A stretch of 64,000 nt of DNA from the human T2T-CHM13v2.0 reference genome, Homo sapiens, in assembly GCF_009914755.1 (NCBI RefSeq), contig NC_060930.1. The stretch is one strand, 5' to 3'. The notes below the pieces were generated by a model. That model had not been told where the DNA came from and made no database searches. It saw only the letters and a list, made by a program, of their open reading frames with translations. Of the stretch, positions 15,599 through 29,432 are shown one piece after another; within the stretch, counting starts at the first letter, position 1; every line of letters begins with the position of its first letter. The translations under genes were made by a program, and so were the position numbers.

Positions 15599-16271
15599 GT
15601 AAGGACAGAGCTTCTTGCTGACTTGGAAACATCATGAGCTTAGGCCAGCCAAGGTTTAGGCTCGTTGGATATTTTTAACAAAATGGGACTTCAGAGAAAT
15701 TTAATTAAGATTTATTTCAAATTAAGATCACCAAATTATATTTACATAAAAGCCTCTATAATGAGTATGCTATATTTGTCATTAAAATGTCTTTATATTT
15801 TTATAAATATGGTTTCACAATTTTTTACAGAGTCATAATCTACATGGAAAACAAAAAGTCATACCAAAATTATAACTGCTAAGAGAGATGTTAATGGTAA
15901 TTAATCATGAGTGAGTCATAAATATAGAAACGCACTGACTTGATAAATAAGAAACAATATTGCTTCTCATTTGGCAAAGCTGAAAAGGGAGGGGCTGGGG
16001 AAGGGGGCAGCTGCACTCGGTGGGAGGCTCTGCACACTGGCACAATTGTTTGCTGGGAGGTAATTTAACAGGACTGAAATGCCTCCATTCTAAGATGACA
16101 TTAATGGTAAAAAGCACCTTCAATTTAATAGTGGCTTGACCAAAGAAAGAAAAGCTCCATCATACTACCATTGTAAACATCCACATCAATTTACAATATC
16201 CTGATTTCAGAAATGTTAAAATACACAAAAAGGTACTTCTTAGAGTTGAGGATAAGTGTTGGATGCAAAGC

Positions 16272-16744
16272 TGTCAGGCCTCTGAGTCGAAGCTCAGCCA
16301 TTATAACCCCTGTGACCTGCACATATACGTCCAGATGGCCTGCAGGAGCCAAGAAGTCTGAAGCAGCCAAAGAAAAACCACAAAAGAAGTGAAACAGCCA
16401 GCTCCTGCCATAACTGATTGACCAACCTTATGACATTCCACCATTATGACTTGTTCTGGCCCTGCCCCAACTGATCAGTTGACCTTGTGACATTCTTCTT
16501 TCGGACAATGAGTCTTATGATCTCCCCACCATGCACCTTGTAATCCCCTCCTCTGCTAACAATAGATAACCTCCTTTAACTGTAACTTTCCACTGCCTAC
16601 CCAAGTCCTATAAAGCTGCCCCTCTCCTATCTCCCTTCGCTGACTCTCTTTTTGGACTCAGCCCACTTGCACCCAAGTGAATAAACAGCTTTATTGCTCA
16701 CACAGAGCCTGTTTGGTGGTCTCTTCACATGGACAGGCTTGACA
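16272..16744 (+). mobile_element. HERV-H-family solo LTR (LTR7C-like)
   Basis: Starts TGTCAGGCCTCTGAG. Contains 'cccctgtgacctgcac' and 'tctcccttcgctgactctctttttggactcagccc', then AATAAA, and ends 'gcctgtttggtggtctcttcacatggac...tgaca'. Perfect 5-bp TSD AAAGC. Confidence 0.9.
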
Positions 16745-17482
16745 AAAGCTTTAAAAACATGCACATGCTTTGACTCTCTAACTTCCTCTTCTAGGAATTT
16801 TTCTTTTTAGAGAAAAGTCAGGAACACAGGAAAAATTCGGCCGTGGGAAAATTATCATCATTCCGCAAGATACACATTTACATAAGTCATGGCACACCCT
16901 GACAAATGGTCATCATTAAACATGGCGTTAGAGAAATGCAAAGATGTTTGTGACACACAATTAAGGGTGAAAAACTGGTAAAAAAAAAAAAAAAAAAAGC
17001 CCATCAGCATAAACTCGTCTCTGTTAAAATTGCGGACATGTGGGTTTGCGTATACATGTAAAACGTATCTAGAAAGCTCTACAGCAATGAGTCAAAAATC
17101 CCATGTCCAGCCACGTGGGATTATGTTTGTTTTCTAGGTTTTCCTTTTTTTTTTTTTTTTGGTACAATTTACTGACATTGTCTAATGAGTATGTATTACT
17201 TTTGTAATAATAAAAACTCTTTCATTTTTCCACTTAACAATATTGAGGGCTGATGAGCCTGTGCCATGGGTCAGGGGGTCGGCGAGGCTGATACCGGGAG
17301 TGGACATGTGTGGAATGCAAGTAGGATCTGCAGGAAGAAAACAGTTGTGGGAATGCTGTTGGTGGCAAGATCTGCTGTGTATGTTTTGTCCCCATACAAT
17401 GTCACTAGAAACCATTCATGGGCATTAAAAAAGAATCCACAATGACATCTCTTTTCATTATTTCATTAAAATAAAACATTAG

Positions 17483-17907
<425 letters not shown>

Positions 17908-19824
17908 GAGAACACATTTTTAAACTCTGTGGTAATGGTTGAGAATACTCTTCATTACTACAAGCATTTTGGACAGAAAATCTCTGAGACGATGACAGCA
18001 TTGTGTGTTCTCTAAAGCGCCAGGTTATAACGGCCATATGTCTCCCTGAGTAGGATTTTCCAGAAGAAATTACCAAATGGCACACAAAAACGCAGTGTGC
18101 TGACACTAATACATAAAATGCGGAAGGACCCAGTCTTTCCAGAGTGCCCCTTTCTCAGGACATAGACAAGTAGCTTTCCTACTGACAGCACCTCTCAGTT
18201 CAAAGGAAAGTGGTGTGCTTGCTGGATATTTTTAGATTGCCAGAATGTTCAGTGGAATCACATAAGGCCGTCACTATAAAAATGAAAGCAAGCCCAACCT
18301 TGGTGTGATGTTTTGCAATAAACAGCAATCCATGGAATAAGAATTTAAGACCCAATTTGAGGTCACGTGCTGCAAACCCAGTGTTCTTTCAGAGTCAGGT
18401 CGCTGTTAGATGACAACCCCTTCAGCACCGGCCTGAAGAAAGCGCAGGCCCAGTGGCAGTCTGCCTTCTGTTAATTCCCAAGGTTCTCAGCATTCCTCAG
18501 ATCAATAGAACTGTGATGTATCTATATAAATCTGAGTAGCAGATCCATTCTCATAAAGTTTACCCTGTCTTGCTTTTCAGGTGAGAAGCAGAATTGGAAA
18601 ATATTTCAGGGAGTATTTGAAACAGGAAGATTAAATTCTGTCTCATGTGTATCATGAATAAAAGTGCTAAGCCAGGCACAGTGACCTTTCCTGTACCTGT
18701 GCTAGGATGCAAAAGATCATAGGTGTAGGCTCTGGGCAGCCCGTGCATCTGCTGGGTCAGCGGTCTGGCACTTTTTTTGAGTGTCTGCTGCCCTTGAAGA
18801 AGGGGATGGGGAAGGATTGCATAAGTTGTGGCAGGGGGCCTGGGGCAGGTGGGTGGCCAGGAATCTGAATGAGAGTGAACATGAGTGAGAGTACGAGCAT
18901 GTCTCAGCTGGTAGCCCTTGTCCCAGAGCTGGTGGCCTGCTGTGTCCTCCTCCAGTGTATCTGGGAGTGGTGGTTGATGTGAGCGCCATGCTGAGCCCCG
19001 CTCATACCCACTGGGCCCAGCTCTTTTTCAGTCCTTTCCTGGCCTGGGGGAAGCACGTACAATCCCTGAGCTATGAACAGTGGCACCAGCTTTTAAGTAA
19101 GGATGAGGGCTTCCCAACCAACTGTAAGGGGGCTGCTGGTTTGAGCTTTTCAGGTTTCACAGCAAGCTCTTGGTCCCCTAAGGCCCTGCTCCTGGCAGAT
19201 ACTCTAAGGAGCCCGGGTCTGAGCTGGACACACACAGCAGCGAGAGGGGAAGGGCGAGCTATTTCCTCCATTCTGGTGCTCATCGTGGGCCATGCGTTGG
19301 TTACAAGGAAGCAGATGGAGTTGGGGAAACATGGAATGGAGGATGGGGAGGATGCAGGGAAGAGAATCGGGGTCACTGTGAGGGAGGGGCAACAGTGCCA
19401 TGGGAAATGCATCATTGGTGCTCATGACAACGGCACGCCAAGGGGCTTGATGGCAGCAGCCTCAGGTATGGGCAGAACGTTGAATCCTCAGAATGATATG
19501 GGATTCCTTAAAACCAAGCAAAGCAACTCATCACCTACCCATAAGAATAACAGAAAGGGCCACTCGATGGTTTGATCATGTTTACAAAATCTGGCTAAAC
19601 AGGAAGTTTCATCCTGAAACCGGTTTCCTCAGGTGGAAGGAAGGCAGTTGACTCATCCTGCTTCCCTGTAGTAGATTTTATTTTTCAGATAAAAAACCTA
19701 ATATTATCAGCGGTGATATAAACCAGTGCAGGGCCTCTGGGATGCTGGCAAACTCTAGTTTCACTGTGAGGCAGGATTTAGGGCCTCTGTTTTTACTCAT
19801 GAGACCCTGGAGGCTCTAGGTCAG

Positions 19825-20181
19825 TGACATGGCTTGGCTGTGTCCCCACCCAAATCTCACATTGAATTATAGTAATCCCCACACGTCAAGAGTGGGGCCA
19901 AGTGGAGATAATCGAATCATGGGGGTGGCTTTCCCCATACTGTCCTTGTGGTAGTGAATAAGTCTCACAAGATCTGATGGTTTTATAAAGGGGAGGTCCC
20001 CTGCATATGCTCTCTTGCCTGCCGCCATGTAAGACATGCCTTTGCTCCCTCATTGGCCTTCCGCCATGATTGTGAGGCCTCCCCAGCCATGTGGAATTGT
20101 GAGTCAGTTAAACCTCTCTCCTTGATAAGTTACTCAGTCTCAGGTATGTATTTATTAGCAGTGTGAGAACAGACTAATACA
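19825..20181 (+). mobile_element. THE1 (THE1B/C-like) MaLR solo LTR
   Basis: Starts 'tgacatggcttggctgtgtccccacccaaatctc' and ends 'gaacagactaataca'. Perfect 5-bp TSD GTCAG. Confidence 0.92.
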
Positions 20182-20246
20182 GTCAGAGAGTCTGGGGGCC
20201 ATGGCGACAGGGATGCCTAAGAGACCAACACAGTGTCTGTCTGCGA

Positions 20247-21582
20247 ACTCACTCATTCCCTTCTCACTCACTCCTCCACTCATTCATTCCTTCCTTACTC
20301 ATTCCTCCATTCACTCATTGCTTCCTTGCTCATTCCCCCACTTATGCATTCTTCCACTCATTCCTTCCTCACTCATTCCTTCCTCACTCATTCCTCCACT
20401 CAGTCATTCCTCCATTCACTCATTCCTTCACTCACTCATTCCTTCACTCACTCATTCCTCCCTCACTCATTCCTCCACTCATTCATTCCTCCACTCACTC
20501 ATTCCTCCCTCATTCCTTCCTCACCCATTCCTTCTTCATTCATTCCTTCCTCATTCATTCCTCCACTCACTCATTCCTCCACTCACTCACTCCTCCCTCA
20601 CTCATTCCTCCACTCATTCATTCCTTCCTCACCCATTCCTTCCTCATTCATTCCTTCCTCACTCATTCCTCCACTCATTCATTCACTCATTCATTCCTCC
20701 ACTCACTCATTCCTTCCTCATTCATTCCTCCATTCACTCATTCCTTCCTCACTCATTCCTCCACTCACTCATTCCTCCACTCACTCATTCCTTCACTCAC
20801 TCATTCCTTCCTCACTATTCTTCCACTCACTCATTCCTTCCTCACTCATTCCTCCACTCACTCTTTCCTTCCTCACTCATTCCTTCCTTCCTCACTCATT
20901 CCTCCACTCACTCATTCCTCCTCTCACTTATTCCTTCACTCACTCATTCCTCCACTCATTCCTCTGCTCACTCATTCGTCCACTCACTCATTCCTTCACT
21001 CACTCATTCCTTTGTCACTTATTCCTCCACTCACTCATTCCTCCACTCACTCACTCCTTTCTCACGCATTCCTCCACTCACTCATTCCTTCCTCACTCAT
21101 TCCTCCACTCACTCACTCCTTTCTCACGCATTCCTCCACTCACTCATTCCTTCCTCACTCATTCCTCCACTCACTCATTCCTTCCTCACTCGTTCCTCCA
21201 CTCACTCATTCCTTCCTCACTCATTCCTCCGCTCATTCATTCCTCCGCTCACTCAGTCCTTTCTAACTTATTCCTCCACTCACTCATTCCTCGGCTCACT
21301 CATTCCTCCACTCACTCATTCCTTCCTCACTCATTCCTCCGCTCACTCATTCCTTTACTAACTCATTCCTTCCTCACTCATTCCTCCATTCTATAATTCC
21401 TTCACTCACTCATTCCTTCCTCACTCATTCCTTCACTCACTCATTCCTTCCTCACTCATTCCTTCACTCACTCATTCCTTCACTCACTCCTTCCTCACTC
21501 ATTCCTCCACTCACTCATTCTTTCCTCACTCATTCCTCCACTCACTCATTCCTTCACTCACTCATTCCTTCCTCACTCATTC
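20247..21582. repeat. ~1.3 kb degenerate minisatellite of CACT/CATT/CCTT/CCT modules (e.g. CACTCATTCCTTCCT, CACTCACTCATTCCTC)
   Basis: Directly visible. The + strand is nearly G-free, which explains the 386 and 387 aa ORFs. Confidence 0.95.
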
Positions 21583-21680
21583 AGTCAGCAAGAGCTTATT
21601 AAGCAGCAGCTATGCACGTGTCCCTGTGGCCTGTGCTGGAGAAGGAACAGTAATCAGAGACAGGCTCTGTCTGCTCTTGC
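21578..21680 (-). mobile_element. L2 3'-end remnant
   Basis: 'cattcagtcagcaagagcttattaagcagcagctatgc...gtgctggagaa..cagtaa..agacaggctctgtctgctct' resembles the antisense L2 terminus CATTCAACAAATATTTATTGAGCACCTACTATG. Confidence 0.6.
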
Positions 21681-23889
21681 CTGCCTTCCTGACTGCTGGA
21701 CTAGAATCTCGCAGGGATTGAGCTTTATTCTGGCAGCAAATTCAGCTCCTTTGGAAATTATATTACCTTTTCTGAACACCTAAATAACACCAGGAGGTCA
21801 AGTACGTGGAAGTCTGAGGGGCGGAGGAATGTGCATTTAGGGTCGTGGGACCCCTTCCCATTTATTTGTGGAAACCCACTGTCTCCCGGACACTGGCCTC
21901 CAGGGCACGGTCTGGAGGGTCTGTAAGACTCCCCGTGACATTCCTGTTCCTTGTTCCACTGCCAGGGTCCTGTCCTCCCTCCGCTTTCCCTTCACTTCCT
22001 GAGTCTCTTTCCATTAGAAGAAGAATTCATATACACATACTGCAGCAAAGGGAATGACAGCTGCAGCAGGTCGCCAGTGCATCAACACAGAGTAACCGAA
22101 TACATCAGAGAGGACATAGGGATCTGGCCAGCTGGGAATGGAAGCCAAGTGGGCATGCTGCAGTGAGAACTGGGGGAGAAGGCCGGAACCTGGCGGGCTC
22201 ATGTGGGCACGCTGGCCATGGTGGGATGGCAGCGTGGGCCAGGAAAGCCTGGGAACTGGGGGTGTTGGCATGAGATGAAGCTCACAGAGGCATGGGCTGC
22301 ACCGGGTCCCAGGGACACCTGAGCACGTCTCAGGGCGCCTTCTGTTCACAGCTTCCCACAGGAGTCCAGCTGAGAAGGAAGCCACATGGCCATTCCTGAG
22401 AACAAGGATAATGCCACACAAATGAGATGTTCCAGCTCCCTAGCTCTGAGGAAGCTCATTCAAAAATGCAATTTTTAATTAAAAGGGAAACTTCCTGAGA
22501 GGACAGGGAGCATTTACAGCATGAAGTCAGGCAGGGTGAGCCTCACCCAGCTGCTGTTCCTTTCTCTTTCCTGCCTTCTGAAGAGGAGACTGTGGAAAGG
22601 GAAGCGAGGCAGAGGTGGCAGAAAGAGATGATAACTCCAGGAAGGAAGGGGTGCCTGAGAGAAGCAGCCAGGCAGAGCGGTGGGACGTGAAACTCCTCGA
22701 CAGCACTGTGTCCTGGGCCGAGGTGGGGAGGGTCAGTGAGGGCAGGGTACTGGTGTCATTTTAATTCAGACTTCTCTCTTTCTTTGCTGCAAATGGCTCT
22801 CTGGAGCACAAACTCTCAACAAGGTGGAAACTCGACACTATGCTCTCAATCTCCATGCACAATTTTGCAGAAGAGGCTCTTTCCAGCATTTTCTCCCCAG
22901 ATGTCAGAGCCGTGCACCCTTCTCCGGAAGGCTGGAGGGTGTTCAGCGTTGTTTGTCACAGGCAGCGGCCAGTCTCTGTGTTCTCGGGCGCTCTGTGTCA
23001 GGTCCTGGTATTTATTCCCAGATTCTGTTTAGATGCACCCGAGGCCCCAGGCAAAGGTTTCTGCCTGAGACAGTCCTTGGCCTCCAGCCACGGCTTCCGT
23101 GCCATGTCCCAAATGCAAAGTGCCACTCTCAAATGTTCTCTGATCTCCTGTTCGAAGCAAATAACAGAGTGCTAAAATCTTATTTAGAGGAGTCGTGGTA
23201 GAATTATTTATTCACTTCTAGCCTTTTGGCTGAGACTGTTTTGAAAAATAGAAAATGGCAGGTAATTCAGGTGTCACCCTTCAATGGCATGTGTTCTTCT
23301 TGATGTTTCACAGCTACTGCACATCTGATGAAGAGGATTTTTTTTAACTGAGTAAGGTCATCTTTTCCTGATGAAGCCCCAAAGTGCAAAAGGCATGAAA
23401 GGCACATTATGCTTCTCCACCAGAGGAGGGTCTCCGCAGGCAGGGCAGCCGCTGAACAGCACCGGGAGGGTCTGTAGTTGCCAGACTCTATTATTGTGGG
23501 CTATAAATTAAGAGGCTTCCGTTTCAAATACAAACTCTCTCATCAGTCACAGGAAATTAAATGCCTTTTGAAAGGGAGCTAGGCATAGGAGGAATTCACT
23601 TTCTTCCACCTACACACTGTTGGCAGCTCCTCAGAGGGAAGGACGGAGCCTGCCATTCTGCGGAGCGTCACCTGGTTCTTACCCACGACTTCACCGTGAG
23701 TGTGGAGTCCACAGGACTCCAGAGCTCTGTGGCCTGACTGCAGGGCAGTCTGCTCCCAAAGAGACTTGGGGAGAACATGGCTAACTCAACAGAATACAGA
23801 ATAACACCGGAGAGGGGCACCAAGAGAGTGGTGATCACATAATTGAGACCTAGTCAGACCCAGTAACAACTTACCGTGTCCGCGAGGAA

Positions 23890-24200
23890 CCATTCATGCA
23901 GAGAGGCCTCCCCATTTTCTGCCTTAAACTCATTTTATATACGTGGGGAATTGAGACTCCAAGATTACGAACATTTTCAAGATCCTCTGGCTAGTAGGTG
24001 ATTTAGCTTAGAGTCAAATCTAGATTTGAACAACTCCATAATCATCATAATAAACAATAACGACACTACCTACATGAACTGAGCAATGGCTAAGTAGTAA
24101 GCATGTGCCGAACCCTTTACGTGAGTCAACTTAGTTGATCCTCAGATAATCCTGCGGCAGAGTGATTGTTCCAGCCACAGATGAGGAAACGCAGAGCCTT
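23890..24200. mobile_element. MIR fragments
   Basis: 'cattttatatacgtggggaattgagactc' and 'tcctcagataatcctg...acagatgaggaaacgcagag'. Confidence 0.55.
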
Positions 24201-24785
24201 CCAGGTGTTATAACTCTTTTCTCACGCCTCTCTTACAATCCTCAGGAAATGTCGCCCCCCCCCCCCCCGACCCCCCGCCAGCCCCCGACCGCCCGGAACT
24301 AAGCCACAGCCACCTCCTGCCCTGGTTGCTGCAATAGTCTAATCTCTCCTGGAGTCTGCCCGGCCCCTCCTGAGCTTCGTCCCAGACAGCAGTCAGAGCA
24401 GGACTTCAGATGTTGTCAGTTCTGCTCTCACTCCCCGCCACTGCCCATTTCACTGGGAATGAGAGCCAGGGGTCCTCACCAGGCCTCCCCACTGCGTCCC
24501 TCTCTCCCCACAGTGTCTCCTGGAGCTGCATTGCTCTCTGGATGTGCCAGAACATGCCGTGGGCTTTCATCCTGCGTCACTCGACTGGGAATGCCCTGGG
24601 ATCCTGCAGGTGCCCACCCAGCTGGCTCCCTCCGGGTCCCGTCTTTACTCAAATCGCACCTTCTCGATGAAGTTTACTCTGAAGTTCAACCTGCTCTTCC
24701 CATCCTCCCACCCCAGGCGCAGCAGATCCGCCTTAACTGGACTCCCCCGCTTTGCTTCCACGGCGCCTATGGAAATGCTCTGACA

Positions 24786-24944
24786 CAGAGGTCAGCGAAC
24801 CACTTTACAATCACATTTTACTGGGACACAGCCACACCTTTTGGTTCGTGTATTGTCTGTGGCCACTTTCACAGAATGACCAGTGGCCCTCAGAGCTAAC
24901 AGACGCACTGCCTGGCCCTTTACTGAAAAGTGCGGCCACCTCTG
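24786..24944. mobile_element. MER58A-like hAT-Charlie MITE
   Basis: Termini 'cagaggtcagcgaac' and 'gcggccacctctg'. Internal 'ttttactgggacacagccacacc' and 'tggccctttactgaaaa'. Confidence 0.7.
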
Positions 24945-25024
24945 CTCTAACATAACTGGAGAGCTTGATGACGGATTGGGCTTGTTTTTCTCGGTCTGTT
25001 TTCCCCCGAGGAGAGCGCACACAC

Positions 25025-25135
25025 TGGGGGGCAGGAACTTTGTTTCTTTTGAGCACTGACGCCTCCCAGTGCCTAGAACAGGACCTGGCTCGTAGATGAT
25101 GCCAGTTCATATTTGTTGAATAAATGTGTGAATGA
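25025..25135 (+). mobile_element. L2 3' end
   Basis: 'cccagtgcctagaacaggacctggc...atatttgttgaataaatgtgtgaatga'. Confidence 0.7.
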
Positions 25136-25830
25136 GGCATATATTTGCTAAACAACTCACCCAAAGTCACTCCAGTGATAGGCCCATCAGCTCTCGGCAT
25201 CCAAATTCAAACCCAGGCAGACCAACAGAGAGTAATAGCAACAGAGACCCGTTCTTACCAGTGACCCCCGACCAGCCTCATCCGCTGCTGCCTCGCAGGA
25301 GACAGTGTCCTATATTTGCTCATAAAAACCAGGCAGGGAAAAAGGCAAGCTACCAGCTTTTAATCTTATTAATATGGGCCAGAAAGGATGGTTCATGGTT
25401 CTGACCATAAGACAAAGTGCTTCAAGGCAAGGCTTGTATCAACCGTGCTACGGAGTTGATACACACCGAACTGTCACCCGTCCTCCTGCCCAGGGGCCTT
25501 GGCGTTTTGAAGACTCCCCCATCTAGACGTCCAGCAGATGCTGAGCACCCAGGAGAGAGGTCAGAATGCAGGATTTGCATTGAAAGCCACGTCTATTGGG
25601 GAAGCAGCTAAAGCTCTGGAATGAGGTACCAGAAAGAAGAAAGGAAGATGGAGGAAAGAACTCTGGAGGGAGATGGGGCCGAGGAAGGAGTAGGAGGTGT
25701 GGCTATGCTAGCTCATGCTCACCCCTCATTCAAGCTCCAGACCTGGGCCAAGAGCAAGAAGAGAGCTTGCTTGTGGGTCCAGAGTTTCTGATGGCAGCGG
25801 GTTTTTGATGGCCTGTAAAGTCATCTAACG

Positions 25831-26127
<297 letters not shown>

Positions 26128-27232
26128 TCATCTAATGCCTCCAAGACCACACGCTATTGATTTAATCTCTGAATTAAAGGTCTCTGAATTAAAGTGTATA
26201 AATGTACCTTCTCCCATAACTCTGAGAATGGGGTTTGTGTCTTAGAAAAGAAAAAACTCACGGGGCTGGGGGTTACATCTATTGTTTCCTGTAATTGTCA
26301 CAGCAGTACTCAATACACACATTTTCACAGGCAAGGAAACTCAGGTTAAATAACTTTCACAACACATTGGAAATTTAGGCTGCCAATTAGTCATCCCTCC
26401 GGCCCCCCTGGGTTTTAACCTCTAGACCTAGAGAACCAAATTAGATGAAAATACCAGCTTTTGTAAATCAACAGTGTCTAATAATCCCCCAAGGACAGGG
26501 CCCTAGGCAAAGCTGAGCTGGGGGAATGTAGACAGACCTCCTACTTTCCACTCCAAACCTAGACGCAGACTCAGTGGCCCACCCAGGGGCATGAGTAATG
26601 CTGGGAGCTGCAGGCTGGCTTCCCACGCTCCCTCCTGGGCCTGGCCCCCAGGCCTGGCTGACTCCATGGGGGGCCTGGCAGTATCACAGCGCAGGGCTCT
26701 CAGGCTGCCAGCAGAGCAGCTGTTGTGTTTTCAGCTGCTTATTCTCACTAAAACTTCTGATAAGGCCATCTGGAAAAGTATTACTGTATATTAATAAAAA
26801 TATTTAAATAAAGTTACAGAATGGAGAGATTTACTTTGGAAGTATTAATATGTAATGAGTTAGACAGATAACGTGTTTGAAGCAGCCTCTGCCAATCTGT
26901 TTACTCCACGGAGAGAAGAAGAACAGGTGTGTCAAGCCAAACATCTTTCCTTGGCACTTGAACTGCCTTACTTGGAGCAGCTCTGACAAGCTTATTTTTG
27001 TGGTGGTGGTTGGGGGAACCCAGCATTTTTAGAGAAGAAAAGAGCAATCTTCACTCCAGAAAGTGAATCTGTCTATATTCATGTATCGGCCTTGACGTGG
27101 TTTGATTTTTCTTTTTAACTCCAGTGTTGGTTCTTTGCTCTTTGAAATCAAAACATTCTGTATTATTTCTGGGATTATACCCAGCAAAGTGAGAACAGGA
27201 GCTTCTTTTAGTAAATAAACGTGATCATCTTC

Positions 27233-27250
27233 CGCCAGTAGGTGTCACTG
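27233..27250 (+). promoter_or_regulatory. Candidate CTCF motif
   Basis: CGCCAGTAGGTGTCACTG against the core CCASYAGRKGGCRS, one mismatch. Confidence 0.35.
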
Positions 27251-27971
27251 TTCATTTAGCACAAACCATACCCGAAAGGCAAGGCAATTACCTCGGCTAA
27301 AATAACAAGCATGTTTTCTGGAAATAAAATAACCAGTAAGTACTGGGAAAAAGATTATTTTCTTTCACAGGTGTCTCCAAATCAAAGCTGAAGTGTGAAC
27401 AACAATTCACTCTTTCTATGGCCTCCCACATAGTATTTGCTTCTAGAGCTTTAGCACCATTGTAAGAATTCCTTCTAAACCATGTTTGTACCTCAGATCT
27501 AACTGCCTGACCCTATAAACATTTTGCGGTTGACTTTGCTTATAAAATGCATTGGCATTTTCACATACAGGCGGTGGAGTTTTCTAGCGTTCCAGCCTAA
27601 ATCAGAAAACAATGTCTGGTGTTGCCTACACAGAAACAATCGTATATCATAGAAAATTAGAAGTGAGGCAGTAAAGCGAGTCTCTGAAAATACGTTGGAT
27701 GTAAACACATCGTTTACATGAAGGACATGGAATTATAAGTTCACACAGTGACACACAAATATGTAAGGTCATTAGTGTTCACTAAATGCGTAGCTATGCA
27801 ATGAAAATGGTGAGAATCCTTTACGAGCTAACGTGCTACACAGAGTTTGATGCTTCTTGTGCGTGATCTCACCTGTTCCCCCACTTATGTGACCATTTTA
27901 CAATGAAGAAATGGATGTTTAAAGAGGACAGTGAGGTCCCTGCGCCACAGTGGTAGAAAGTGACCAACTAG

Positions 27972-28391
<420 letters not shown>

Positions 28392-28617
28392 TGAATAATT
28401 CTAGCCAGGCCGGAGTTCAGTTCTAGTCCTCCTACTTCCGACTGATAGTGGCTCTGAGTAGTTCACTTACCATCTCTGAATTTCCATTTATTTCACTGTG
28501 AAAGGGGGAAATTGGTACCTACTTGTGGGATTGCTGTAGAGATTCAAATACCGTGTTTAAGAAAGTTCCTAGCACTGCGCCTGGCACGTAAAAGGCACTT
28601 GTTTAAGAACTTGATAA

Positions 28618-28917
28618 GGCTGGGCGTGGTGGCTCACGCCTGTAATCCCAGCACTTTGGGAGGCTGAGGAGGGCGGATCACGAGGTCAAGAGATCAAGAC
28701 CATCCTGGCTAACACGGTGAAACCCCGTCTCTACTAAAAATACAAAAAATTAGCTGGGTGTGGTAGCACGTGCCTGTAGTCCCAGCTACTTGAGAGGCTG
28801 AGACAGGAGAATTGCTTGAACCCAGGAGACAGAGGTTGCAGTGAGCCGAGATCATGCGCCGCTGCACTCCAGCCAGAGCGACAGAGCGAGACTATGTCTC
28901 AAAAAAAAAAAAAAAAA
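28618..28917 (+). mobile_element. Alu (Sc/Y-like)
   Basis: Alu dimer. Perfect TSD 'aagaacttgataa'. Confidence 0.95.
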
Positions 28918-29159
28918 GAACTTGATAAAGTAAAAAACCCTGATTTTTGAAATAAATTAAGAGTAATGAATATGCAATAAAGCATTCTTTTCTGAAATGC
29001 GTTATGAGAGGTCAGGAGTTAGTCTTAAGCAGTTTTCAAAGGTGCAAGGGCTGGAGTGGCCTCAGTTTATCTGGATAAAATGACTATATATGAACAGAGA
29101 TGCCAACTGTTGGTGCCAGGCATGGCTCATGGGCTTTTGGCATGATGAACAGTTTCCTT

Positions 29160-29432
29160 TATTTTCTTTTTTTTCTTTCTTTATTTATTTTTGAGACAGG
29201 ATTCTGCTCTGTCACCCAGGCGGGAGTGCAATGGTACAATAACATCTCACTGCAGCCTCCACTTTCTGGGCTCGGTGATCCTCCCACCTCAGCCTCCTGA
29301 GCTGGGACCACAGGCACGCGCCACCATGCCTGGCTAATTTTTGTATTATTTGTAGAGAGAGGGTCTCCCTATGTTGCCCAGTCTGGTTTCAAACTTCTGG
29401 GCTCCAGTGATTTCCCCCCCACATCAGCCTCA
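29160..29432 (-). mobile_element. AluJ-like, 5'-truncated
   Basis: Diverged antisense Alu ('cactgcagcctcc', 'gatcctcccacctcagcc'). Confidence 0.85.

Noticed and set aside
18955-19575. 206 aa ORF in unique GC-richer DNA
   Set aside because: Non-ATG start, no recognisable domain and no convincing splice boundaries. The length is attainable by chance.
20201-21396. 386 and 387 aa ORFs (His/Ser/Leu/Pro-rich)
   Set aside because: The near G-free tandem array rarely forms stop codons, and several frames are open at once.
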